Origin: an uncultured Candidatus Rokubacteria bacterium
Lineage (GTDB): Bacteria; Methylomirabilota; Methylomirabilia; Rokubacteriales; DASRDR01
DNA length: 64,000 nt
Assembly (NCBI GenBank): GCA_963805625.1
Contig: CAWDVE010000021.1
Coordinates: 320,001-384,000, forward strand
Direction of reading: 5' to 3'
The notes below the pieces were generated by a model, which saw only the letters and a program-made list of their open reading frames with translations, was not told where the DNA came from and did not search any database. The position numbers were made by a program, and so were the translations under genes. This document shows, piece by piece, positions 7,914 to 16,480 of the stretch (positions within the stretch are counted from its first letter, which is position 1; each line of letters starts with the position of its first letter).

Positions 7914-10016
7914 ATGACGCGCGACCCGGTGACGCTGCCCGCCGTCCTCGCCGAGCTCCGGGGCGTCCAGCGCGCCGGCGCCGGCTGGAGCGCCTTCTGC
8001 CCCGCCCACGAGGACCGGCAGAAGCGCAGCCTGTCGGTCGCGGAGCGGGACGGCCGCATTCTGTTCAAGTGCTTCGCCGGCTGTCCGGTCGACCGCATCG
8101 CGCACGCGCTCGGGCTCGAGATCTCGGCGCTCTTCGCCGCCGGGAGCGGCGGCGCGCATCGACCCGCGCGGCGTCTCGTGGCTCGGTACCAGTACCGCGA
8201 CGAGCGCGGCACGCTCCTCTACGAGGTCTGCCGGTTCGAGCCGAAGGACTTCCGGCCCCGGCGGCCGGACGGACGGGGCGGCTCGGTCTGGGGCCTCGGC
8301 GACGTGCGGCGGGTGTGCTACCGGCTCCCGGACTTCGTGGAGCACGAGCGCGTCTTCTGGGTCGAGGGGGAGAAGGACGTCGAGCGGCTGTGGGCGCTCG
8401 GTCTGCCCGCGACGACGACTCAGGGCGGCGCCCGGAGCTTCCGGCGGGAGTACGCCCGGCAGCTCGCCGATGCGGCGGTCCGCGAGGTCGTCGTCATCCC
8501 CGACGCGGACGCCGCCGGCCACCGGTACGCCGCGGAGGTGGCGGCCGCCGCGGGCGCAGCTGGGCTGACCGTCCGCCGGCTCGAGCTCCCCGGCCTGCCC
8601 GAGCACGGCGACGTGAGCGACTGGCTCCAGGCGGGCCACACGGCGGACGAGCTCCGCGCCCTCGCCGACGCGGCGCCGGCGTGGGACGGAGCGGCGTCAA
8701 GAGACGGATCGTGTGCGCCGGTCGACGGGATCCCGATGGGTGTCGCGAGGCCGATCTCCGGCGCCGCGGGGGCGAGCGATGCGCCCGAGCGCATCGCCGA
8801 GGGCGAGGACGTCCGCATCCGCTGGCCGGGCCCGCCGGCGCTCGAGGTGCTCGCCGTCGCGCCCCACGAGTCCGGCGACGGGATCCACGCGGAGGTGACG
8901 GTCAGCCTCGCGGGCGCCGTGCTGTCGTGGGGACGGTTGAACCTCGTGTCCACCGTGATGCGCGAGGGCCTGGTGAAGAAGCTCCGGGAGACGGCGCCCG
9001 AGGTGCCGTGGCGGGAGCGGCTCGAGCTCGCCTGCCGGCTGATCGCCGAGCAGCTCCGGACCGGGGCGCCCCTCGTCGCCCTCCGCCCGGCGCCCCGCGC
9101 CGGCGGCCGCCGGGACCTGGTCGACGGCATCCTGCCCCTCGGCGAGACGTCGCTCGTCTACGCCGACGGCGACACCGGGAAGGGCTGGGTCGCGCTGCTC
9201 CTGGCGGTCGCCGTCGCGACCGGGCGGGCCTTCCCGCATCTCCGCCCGCTCCGGGACGACGTCACGACGGCCTATCTCGACTGGGAGACCACGGAAGAGG
9301 AGGTGGCCGAGCGCGTCGACGCGATCTGCCGCGGCCTCGGCGTCACCCTGCCGCCGGGCGCGATCCTCTACCGCCCGATGTACCGCGCGCTCGCCGACGA
9401 GGCGTCGCGGCTCCGCGCCGATCTCGCCCGGCACGGCGTCGGCTTCGTGATCGTCGACAGCTTCGCCCCGGCGGCGGGGGTCGAGCCCGAGAGCGCCGAC
9501 AGCACGATCCGCACCATGAACGCCCTGCGGAGCTTCACCGGCACCACACGCCTCGTCCTGGCGCACGTCAGCAAGGCCGCCGCCGACCAGCTGAGCGGCG
9601 CCGCGCGCCCGTACGGGTCCGTGTTCGTCCGCAACCTCGCGCGCTCGGCCTGGGAGCTCCGCCGCGCCGAGGAGGCCGGAGGCGACGAGCTCCTCCTCGC
9701 CGCCTACCACCGGAAGGACAACGGCGGGTGCCGGACGCCCGCGTTCGCCTTGCGGCTCCGCTTCGATCCCGACGGCGCAGTGTCGGTCGCGGACGCCGAC
9801 CTGGCGGACGCGCCCGACCTCCTCGCCCGCACGAGCGTCGCCAAGCGCGTCACCGTCGCCCTCGCGGCCGGGGCTCTCACCGTCCCCGAGCTCGCCGCCG
9901 AGGTCGCGACGTCCAAGGCCACAGTGGGCCGCACCGTGCGGCGACTCCGCGACGAAGGCCGCGTCGTCCTCGTGGACGGCGTCCGGCCCTGCCGGTGGGC
10001 GCTCGCCAGCCGATGA
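7914..10016 (+). CDS. Primase-helicase fusion of mobile-element type: Zn-binding, TOPRIM, RecA-fold/AAA_25 ATPase and C-terminal HTH
   Basis: CPAHED...KCFAGC; VEGEKD and IPDADAAG (TOPRIM); ADGDTGKG (Walker A); YLDWE; VIVDS (Walker B); VLAHVSK; LTVPELAAEVATSKATVGRTVRRL (HTH). Start could be further upstream. Confidence 0.85.
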   Translation: MTRDPVTLPAVLAELRGVQRAGAGWSAFCPAHEDRQKRSLSVAERDGRILFKCFAGCPVDRIAHALGLEISALFAAGSGGAHRPARRLVARYQYRDERGTLLYEVCRFEPKDFRPRRPDGRGGSVWGLGDVRRVCYRLPDFVEHERVFWVEGEKDVERLWALGLPATTTQGGARSFRREYARQLADAAVREVVVIPDADAAGHRYAAEVAAAAGAAGLTVRRLELPGLPEHGDVSDWLQAGHTADELRALADAAPAWDGAASRDGSCAPVDGIPMGVARPISGAAGASDAPERIAEGEDVRIRWPGPPALEVLAVAPHESGDGIHAEVTVSLAGAVLSWGRLNLVSTVMREGLVKKLRETAPEVPWRERLELACRLIAEQLRTGAPLVALRPAPRAGGRRDLVDGILPLGETSLVYADGDTGKGWVALLLAVAVATGRAFPHLRPLRDDVTTAYLDWETTEEEVAERVDAICRGLGVTLPPGAILYRPMYRALADEASRLRADLARHGVGFVIVDSFAPAAGVEPESADSTIRTMNALRSFTGTTRLVLAHVSKAAADQLSGAARPYGSVFVRNLARSAWELRRAEEAGGDELLLAAYHRKDNGGCRTPAFALRLRFDPDGAVSVADADLADAPDLLARTSVAKRVTVALAAGALTVPELAAEVATSKATVGRTVRRLRDEGRVVLVDGVRPCRWALASR

Positions 10017-10081
10017 GCGGGGGCAACCCGAGCCCCATGAGTGCCGGCACCCCGCACATGTTCGCCGGATCGTCTCCGGCC

Positions 10082-10208
10082 TGTCCGCCGAGCTGTCCGC
10101 CCGGACATCCGGATCGCACGTCCGGTTCGCGAGTACCGGGACCCATTCGTGGTCCCGTACGAACCGGACGGACAAGTTCTTTCCTATGGGGTGTCCGCTT
10201 GTCCGCTT
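10082..10208. repeat. Cluster of TGTCCG/CGGACA motifs, candidate replication origin
   Basis: Direct and inverted copies just after the primase stop, including CGGACGGACA-agttctttcctatgggg-TGTCCGCTTGTCCG. Confidence 0.5.
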
Positions 10209-10403
10209 CGGGCGGCAACAGCCGCTCGATCTGGTCTCGGCCGGCCCGCATCGGGGGACTCGAGCCGATCAGGGTGTCGATGGCACCCACATCGGCCGTG
10301 TGCGGCACTGAGGCGTCCGAGTCGTCTAGCCGGTGAGGTACGTGGGTCATCGGGACTCCCCTTCGCGGCTGGCAATCAGCCTTTGATAGACGAATCGGGA
10401 ATA

Positions 10404-10676
10404 GTGGCGCGGGAATTCGTGTGGGAGTCGGATGTCGTGTTCCGGGTCTACGACAAGGAAGACGTTTCGCTGCGGCTCGACGCCGTAGCAGGCCGGCTCG
10501 ATGAGATTCTGGTCGACGCGGTGCTGTCCGCGACTTCGAAGTCCTCGAAGTCCTCGATCACTTCGCGATCGGACCTCGCCGCCCGGTCAGACCTGGCGGC
10601 GCGCTCGGATCTGGCCGCGCGCTCCGATCTCGCGGCCCGGTCGGACCTGACTGCGCGACACCGATTAAGGAGCTGA
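10404..10676 (+). CDS. Small protein with five C-terminal RSDL(A/T)A repeats
   Basis: GTG start in the frame of ORF 10041..10676; repeats at 10566-10655 use different synonymous codons. Confidence 0.7.
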   Translation: MAREFVWESDVVFRVYDKEDVSLRLDAVAGRLDEILVDAVLSATSKSSKSSITSRSDLAARSDLAARSDLAARSDLAARSDLTARHRLRS

Positions 10677-10761
10677 GCTGGTTGGGCAGACGCTTCCCGC
10701 CGGTGGACGGGTGCCCGAGCTCCTCGGGGCGCCCGTGCCGGCGGGTGGGACTCCGATGTCC

Positions 10762-12303
10762 CTAGTTGGCGCCGGCGACGAACACCCCGCCCAGGAAGCC
10801 CGGCGGGTAGGCGAAGAAGCCCTCGAGGGGACCCGCGATCGGGGTGCCCGTGGCGCCGCTGAAGACCCGCACGTGGGGTCCACCGCCCGGCCCCGGGGTC
10901 GTGATGATGTCGGCTCGAGCGTCGCCGGTGAGGTCGCCAGCGGCCGCGACGAAGACGCCACCCGTGAAGCGCGGATCGTAGGCGAAGAAGCTATGCACCT
11001 CCACCGGGGCACCGACGCGCAGGGCGGCGCCGTCGAAGACCTGGACGTGGGGTCCACCGCCCGGCCCGGGCCCGGTGATGAGGTCCGGCACGCCGTCGCC
11101 GGTCACATCCCCGGTCGCCACGTGCACGCCGCCGGTGAAGGCCGGATCATAGGCGAAGAACTCGGCGAGCGACGTGCCCGTGGCCCCATCGAGGACCCGT
11201 ACGTGGGGCCCGCCGCCCGGTCCGGGGCTCATGATGAGTTCCGCTCGATCGTCGTTGGTCAAGTCGGCGGCCGCGACGAAGACGCCCCCCGTGAAGCGCC
11301 GATCGTAGGCGAAGAAGCTTCCGAGGGGACCCGGGATCGGGGCACCCGTGGCCCCGCTGAAGACCTGCACATGCGGGCCGCCGCCGGGCCCGGCGCCGGT
11401 GATGATGTCGGCTCGACCGTCGCCGGTGAGGTCGCCAGCGGCCACGAAGACGCCGCCCATGAAGCCCGGATCGTAGGCGAAGAAGCTATACACCTCCACC
11501 GGGACACCGACCCGCAGGGCGGCGCCGTCGAAGACCTTGACGTGGGGTCCACCGCCCGGCCCGGGCCCGGTGATGACGTCCGGCACGCCGTCGCCAGTCA
11601 CATCCCCGGTCGCCACGTGCACGCCGCCGGTGAACGCCGGATCATAGGCGAAGAACTCGGCGAGCGACGTGCCCGTGGCCGCATCGAGCAGGCGCACGTG
11701 GGGTCCACCGCGCGGCCCGGCACCGGTGACCATCAGCGGTCGGGGCGCCACTGACGCGGGGGTCGAAAAGATGGCGGTGACGATGGTGGTGTCGGCGGTG
11801 ACGGTGCAGGTGGGGCTGGTTCCCACACAACCGCCGCCGCCCCAGCCAGAGAAGACGAAACCCGCGCCGGGAGTGGCAGCCAGGGTGACGCTGGCACCGC
11901 TCGGGTCGATGTGGATGCAGTCGTCGCCGCAGTTGACCGCGTTGGCGGGCGTGATGCTGGTGACGGTGCCGGTGCCGATCTTCGCGATCATGAGCAGAGC
12001 GGCGGCCGTGTGGCAGGCCTCGTTGCTGGGGGCGGAGCTACCTGTAGCATTGTAGGCGCGAACGCGATAGCAGTAACCTTGCCCTGCAGTCGCCGTGGTG
12101 TCGACGTAGCTGGTGACGTCGGCGCCGACGGTCGCGATCTCGGCGTGGGCGCCCGACGGGATGAGGCGGCGCTCGATCCGAGAGCCCAACGCGTTCGTGG
12201 CATTGTTGGTCCAGCTCAGGCTGAGCTGGCCGGCGAGCACGGGGCTGCCGACGAGGATGCTCGCCACGATCGCGGCAAACTGGATCCGGGTGAAGCGAGT
12301 CAT
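10762..12303 (-). CDS. Secreted protein with FN3 domain, InlB-B-like repeat and six FG-GAP-like repeats
   Basis: Signal peptide; LSWTNN...YCYRVRAYN...SAPSN; VTLAATPGAGFVFSGWGGG; six [10 protein letters not shown]...FFAY units. Confidence 0.88.
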   Translation of the reverse strand: MTRFTRIQFAAIVASILVGSPVLAGQLSLSWTNNATNALGSRIERRLIPSGAHAEIATVGADVTSYVDTTATAGQGYCYRVRAYNATGSSAPSNEACHTAAALLMIAKIGTGTVTSITPANAVNCGDDCIHIDPSGASVTLAATPGAGFVFSGWGGGGCVGTSPTCTVTADTTIVTAIFSTPASVAPRPLMVTGAGPRGGPHVRLLDAATGTSLAEFFAYDPAFTGGVHVATGDVTGDGVPDVITGPGPGGGPHVKVFDGAALRVGVPVEVYSFFAYDPGFMGGVFVAAGDLTGDGRADIITGAGPGGGPHVQVFSGATGAPIPGPLGSFFAYDRRFTGGVFVAAADLTNDDRAELIMSPGPGGGPHVRVLDGATGTSLAEFFAYDPAFTGGVHVATGDVTGDGVPDLITGPGPGGGPHVQVFDGAALRVGAPVEVHSFFAYDPRFTGGVFVAAAGDLTGDARADIITTPGPGGGPHVRVFSGATGTPIAGPLEGFFAYPPGFLGGVFVAGAN

Positions 12304-12323
12304 GTGGACGCCCGTGCAGGCAG

Positions 12324-12340
12324 TGCAATGTGTGTACCCG
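12324..12340 (-). promoter_or_regulatory. Candidate sigma54 promoter
   Basis: Minus strand CGGGTACACACATTGCA (GG-N10-GC, TTGCA), preceded by an AT-rich stretch. Confidence 0.55.
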
Positions 12341-12634
12341 TTTCGCCAAGAAGCGAGCATGAAAGCTAAGTAACGTGAACTTCTGCTATTATTTGCAATC
12401 CTGTTCGGACCCGAGATCCCTACCGCCACGGGTGGCCCTGACAAAACTGGGGACTGGAGGTGCCAAAAGACGGCCTGCCCCCCGAGAGACGGGACCCCCG
12501 TGTCCAGCCTCACGGTGGTCTCGTGGCGCTCCTCGACTCAGACCTCACCTCGGGAACGGGAAGCGGTCGCTCCTCGTCAGCGTTCCCTCTCCTCGCTCGC
12601 GGTCGCCCGGCGTGGGGCTACCGGTGGCCGGGTT

Positions 12635-15364
12635 TCAGTAGGCGAAGAACCCGGGGGTGACCGCGGCGCCAGCCGAGGTGAACGGAATGACGTGAGGGCC
12701 GCCGCCGGGGCCCGGCCCCGTGATGATCTCGGCGGCGACGCCGCCAGTGACGTCCCCGGCGGCCACGCGGACGCCCGCGGTGAAGAGAGGCGAATAGGCA
12801 AAGAAGCCGCCGCCAAGCGGGATGCCGGTTCCGTAGAAGGCACGGGCGTGGGGGCCGCCGCCAGGACCGGGGCCCGTGATGATCTCGGCAACGACGCCGT
12901 CGCCGGTGACGTCCCCGGCCGCGACGAACACCCCGCCGGTGAAGGCGGGGTCGTAGGCGAAGAACTCGGCGACGCTCAGCAAGGCGGCACCGGTGAACCC
13001 CAGCACGCGGACGTGGGGGCCGCCGCCCGGGCCGGGGCCGGTGACGATCTCGGCGCGGCCGTCTCCGTCGACGTCGCCGACGGCCACCTGGACGCCGCCG
13101 GTGAAGCCACCGTAGACGAGGGCGTCGAAAACGGGGAGGACGCCACCGGGGGAAGCCGGCGCGTAGCGGAGGATGCGGAGGTGGGAGCCGCCGCCGGCGC
13201 CGGCGCCGGTGACGATGTTGACGATGCCGGGGCCCTCCACGGGCCCGCAGGCGACGAAGACGCCGCCCGTGAAGGCCGGGTCGTACGCGAAGAAGCTGGC
13301 CAGTTCGCCCACCACGCTGCCGGCGGGATCCAGCTTGAAGACCCTTACATGGGGCCCACCGCCGGGGCCCGGGGCGGTGACGATCTCGTCCCGACCGTCG
13401 CCGTCGAAGTCGCAGCCGGAGGCGACGCGGACGCCGCCGGTGAAGGCCGGGGCGTAGGCGAAGAACCCGGGCCCAATCGGGACACCGTTCGCGTCGAAGA
13501 TCTTCACATGAGGGCCGCCGCCCGCGCCGGCCCCGGTGATGATCTCGGCGGGGACGCCGGGTGCGTCGATCCGGCCGGTGGCCACGTAGACGCCGCCCGT
13601 GAAGATCGGGAGGGGCGTGGCGTCGACGGCGTCAAGCGCGTCGGCGCGGCCGAATCCGGAGTCGGCGTCGAAGCCGGCCGGCCCCAGGTCGACCGCGGCG
13701 CCGGTGAGGATCCCGCGAACCTCGGGCGGGGTCAGCCCGGGGTTCTTCGAGAGAGCGAGCGCGGCGATGGCCGCGACGTGAGGAGCGGCCGCGGAGGTAC
13801 CGAAGAAGGGGTTGAAGCCGGGGCGGGTGGTGCTCACCCCGTCGATGCCCGTCAGGTCCGGCTTCGGCCGCTCCTCGGCCGCCGGGAACACGGTCGTCGA
13901 CGGTCCAGCCGAGCTGAACGGCTCGATGACCGTCGGGGTACCGGAGAACGCGGCGGCCACGGCGAGCACCTCGGGGACGGCCGGATGCCCGAAGATGCTG
14001 CCGGCGGGGACGGCGAACTCCTGGAGCGTGCAGCGCAGGCAGTACAGCTTGAGGGGCCGTGCCGCCCCCGAGACGCGCGTGATCTGGATGTCGCCGGCAC
14101 AGCTCGGCCCTGGCGGGCACACGAGCAGTATGCTCTCGATCGGGTCGTCGTTGCCGTCCTGGACGAACTGTGAGCAGCTGAGCCCCACGCCCGGGGTGGT
14201 ACGCACGCAGAGATCGTAATTGTCGCCGGCCGCGCCGAAGGGGTTCGCCCACTGGAGGACGACGAAGGCACTGGCGCCGCCGGGGGCGGTGAAGCGCATG
14301 AGCGTGTCGCCGCCGCCGAAATCGTGCCGCGTGCCGGACACCTCCGGGTCGAACACGCCCGGGGTGAACAGCGCGGCCGCGTAGTGCCCGGTGCGATCGT
14401 TACCGGCGGCGGACACCCGGAGGACGCTGTTGCCCACGGCCCGGTCGTTCAGGGCGATTAGCCCGTCCTGGAAGTAGGGCTCACCGTAGAACCCGAGGTC
14501 GTCGACGATGATCCGCGCCCCGGCGGCCGTCAGGTTGTTCACGGCGTTGACAAAGGTGAGCGCACTCGCAATGCCGGTCGCGAAGAGGAGCGGCGCGCCG
14601 GGCGCGCAGTCGTGGACGATCTCCAGCATCGCGGTGCCCTCGTCCCCGGGAGCGTCGGCGAGGACCGTGACGCCCGCGGGCAGGTCCCCGGTGGCCTGGG
14701 AGGCGGCGAGGCCGGCGACGCCGTCCGAGATCACCCCGACTGCGGCCCCGCTGCCGGTGAAGCCCAGGGCGCGTGCCTGGTCGCAGCGATGGATCGCGTC
14801 GCCCTGGGAGGTGACCGAGCCGGTCCTCGTCGTGCCGTAGCTCGGCGGCCGGACCTTCAGGACGACCGGCTCTCCGGCCAGCGCCTCCAGGTTCTCGATG
14901 GGGATCCAGCCCTCGACAACCCGGAAGTCGGCGTTGACGATCTCGATGTCCAGCCCGTGGCCCCGGAGCTGCATCAGCGTCCCGTCGTCCGCGTCGGCGA
15001 CGGTCACGTCGACCTGTACTCGCCCCGCGTCGTCCACGCGTTGGGCCGCCGACGAGAAGCGCCCGGCGGCGCCCATCGCGGCCGCGTTCTGGGAGGTGAT
15101 GCCGAGCGACTGGAGGTCGGCGATGAGCGCCCGGAGCCGTGACACGATCTTCTCCGAGGCGGCACTGGTCACGGGGCCGGATGAGCTGAGCTGGCCGACC
15201 GCCCGAAAGTCCTGCGCCCCGGCGATCGGGGGTGCCAGGGCGAGCAGGACCACGGCCAAGAGCGCCGCGAGACCGGCGCGGCGGCTGGCCCCCGCGCGTA
15301 TTGCGCACCGCAGCGCGGCACGGCCGGCGGTGGTCGACGAGATCCGACGGGCACTGACTCGCAC
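12635..15364 (-). CDS. Secreted S8/S53-like serine peptidase with C-terminal FG-GAP-like repeats
   Basis: GVISDG, DEGTAMLEIVHD, SAAGN, KPDLTGIDG and FFGTSAAAPH motifs; six GPHV-type repeats; GGAGGGAG RBS before GTG 15364. Confidence 0.88.
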   Translation of the reverse strand: MRVSARRISSTTAGRAALRCAIRAGASRRAGLAALLAVVLLALAPPIAGAQDFRAVGQLSSSGPVTSAASEKIVSRLRALIADLQSLGITSQNAAAMGAAGRFSSAAQRVDDAGRVQVDVTVADADDGTLMQLRGHGLDIEIVNADFRVVEGWIPIENLEALAGEPVVLKVRPPSYGTTRTGSVTSQGDAIHRCDQARALGFTGSGAAVGVISDGVAGLAASQATGDLPAGVTVLADAPGDEGTAMLEIVHDCAPGAPLLFATGIASALTFVNAVNNLTAAGARIIVDDLGFYGEPYFQDGLIALNDRAVGNSVLRVSAAGNDRTGHYAAALFTPGVFDPEVSGTRHDFGGGDTLMRFTAPGGASAFVVLQWANPFGAAGDNYDLCVRTTPGVGLSCSQFVQDGNDDPIESILLVCPPGPSCAGDIQITRVSGAARPLKLYCLRCTLQEFAVPAGSIFGHPAVPEVLAVAAAFSGTPTVIEPFSSAGPSTTVFPAAEERPKPDLTGIDGVSTTRPGFNPFFGTSAAAPHVAAIAALALSKNPGLTPPEVRGILTGAAVDLGPAGFDADSGFGRADALDAVDATPLPIFTGGVYVATGRIDAPGVPAEIITGAGAGGGPHVKIFDANGVPIGPGFFAYAPAFTGGVRVASGCDFDGDGRDEIVTAPGPGGGPHVRVFKLDPAGSVVGELASFFAYDPAFTGGVFVACGPVEGPGIVNIVTGAGAGGGSHLRILRYAPASPGGVLPVFDALVYGGFTGGVQVAVGDVDGDGRAEIVTGPGPGGGPHVRVLGFTGAALLSVAEFFAYDPAFTGGVFVAAGDVTGDGVVAEIITGPGPGGGPHARAFYGTGIPLGGGFFAYSPLFTAGVRVAAGDVTGGVAAEIITGPGPGGGPHVIPFTSAGAAVTPGFFAY

Positions 15365-15450
15365 GGCTCCCTCCCTGGTCCAAAGGCGTGGGGCGCGGAG
15401 TCCGGCAGCGACCTCCCGACATTGGCCCCTGCAGCGGAAGAGCCCCCAGA

Positions 15451-15887
15451 TCATTTCACCGGCTCGGCGATGTAGTTCAGGTCCTTCCGTTCGCCTTCCG
15501 CTTCTTGTCTGTCTACGAGTTCTGGGACAATCCGACCAACGAACACCCCATCTGGATCTTCAAGCGGACGTACCGCTCCTGGCCCGGCTCAAGCACAAAG
15601 GTTAGCTTCTTCTCCGTGGCGGCGGTGACCTCGTAGGTCCCGGAGTCCCGGTCGACGAAGTAGGAACCATGAGGCGTAGCGGTACCGGCCTTCTCTCCGT
15701 TGAGCTCGATGTCGGGCCGCACCGCGGCACCCATGGCGCTCGACCGGTAGAAATAGATCCGACCCTTCTGCGGGGCCAGCGACGGGAAGGTCGAGGCGAC
15801 CATCTAGTACTTCGGCCCGGTGGCGCAACCGGAGAGCAGCAGCACCATCAGCACAGTGGTTCCCCGAGCTGCCGTGTTGATCATCAT
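15451..15887 (-). pseudogene. DUF2846-like lipoprotein pseudogene
   Basis: Lipobox LSGC; in-frame TAG at 15804-15806; GRIYFYR...; frameshift near 15548 into GVFVGRIVPELVD. Confidence 0.75.
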
Positions 15888-15889
15888 GG

Positions 15890-16130
15890 TCACCTCCTCT
15901 GGAAAGAAAGCCGTGTATCCGACCCGGACACCGGGGAGAATGCACGCTCCACTGGTAGGTAGAAGCCCACGATTCGCTCCCCATCGAGGACGAGACACGC
16001 CTCGTGTATGTGAGCCCCCTCGGCCGTAAATACCGGGTCAACCGGCTTGTATACGTCCCTCTCTCCGGTCCATCCGATTCGCGTCCACACGCTACCTTTG
16101 CTAATCACTCGGCTGTACCCTGGGCCCACT
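15890..16130 (-). pseudogene. Fragment of a hypothetical protein
   Basis: GYSRVISKGSVW...VYKPVDPVFTAEGAHIHEACLV...VGFYLPVERAFSP reads as protein, but the upstream part of the ORF does not. Confidence 0.4.
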
Positions 16131-16480
16131 GCGACACCCGGTTGTTGTCTGGCGTGATGACCAGCACGATCGGCCGGCTGCTCGGGACAGACGTCCCTCC
16201 ACCCGAGACGGCGAAGTTCACGGTGCCGCGGTAGGTGCCCGGAAAGATCTGGCTGCTGCTGGAGCAGCACGAGGCCGAGGCCGATCCATCGGATCATCAT
16301 CGCCCCACCTTGTTCTCGCTGTGATCGCCGAGTTCGAGCGGGACCTGATCCCGGCGCCTCGGATTGGACCACGCCACCGATTGGACCCACCGATTGGACC
16401 TCGACAAGACCGCACCCCGCGGGATAGACTCCCCGTCGAACTCGCCCTGGCCTGGACCGGCAGTAAGGGATGGGATCGAC

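Noticed and set aside
7475-10336. 953-aa ORF and the many other long Arg/Pro/Gly-rich overlapping ORFs (e.g. 33472..34758, 43288..45354)
   Set aside because: These are shadow frames of real genes in GC-rich DNA, with no recognisable motifs.
10790-11720. Near-identical repeat pair as a DGR template/variable repeat
   Set aside because: No reverse transcriptase is in the window, both copies are coding in one ORF, and mismatches do not appear restricted to adenines.
15804-15806. In-frame TAG in the DUF2846-like gene as possible pyrrolysine or read-through
   Set aside because: The same gene has a frameshift near 15548 and the position is not an evident catalytic site, so pseudogene is simpler.
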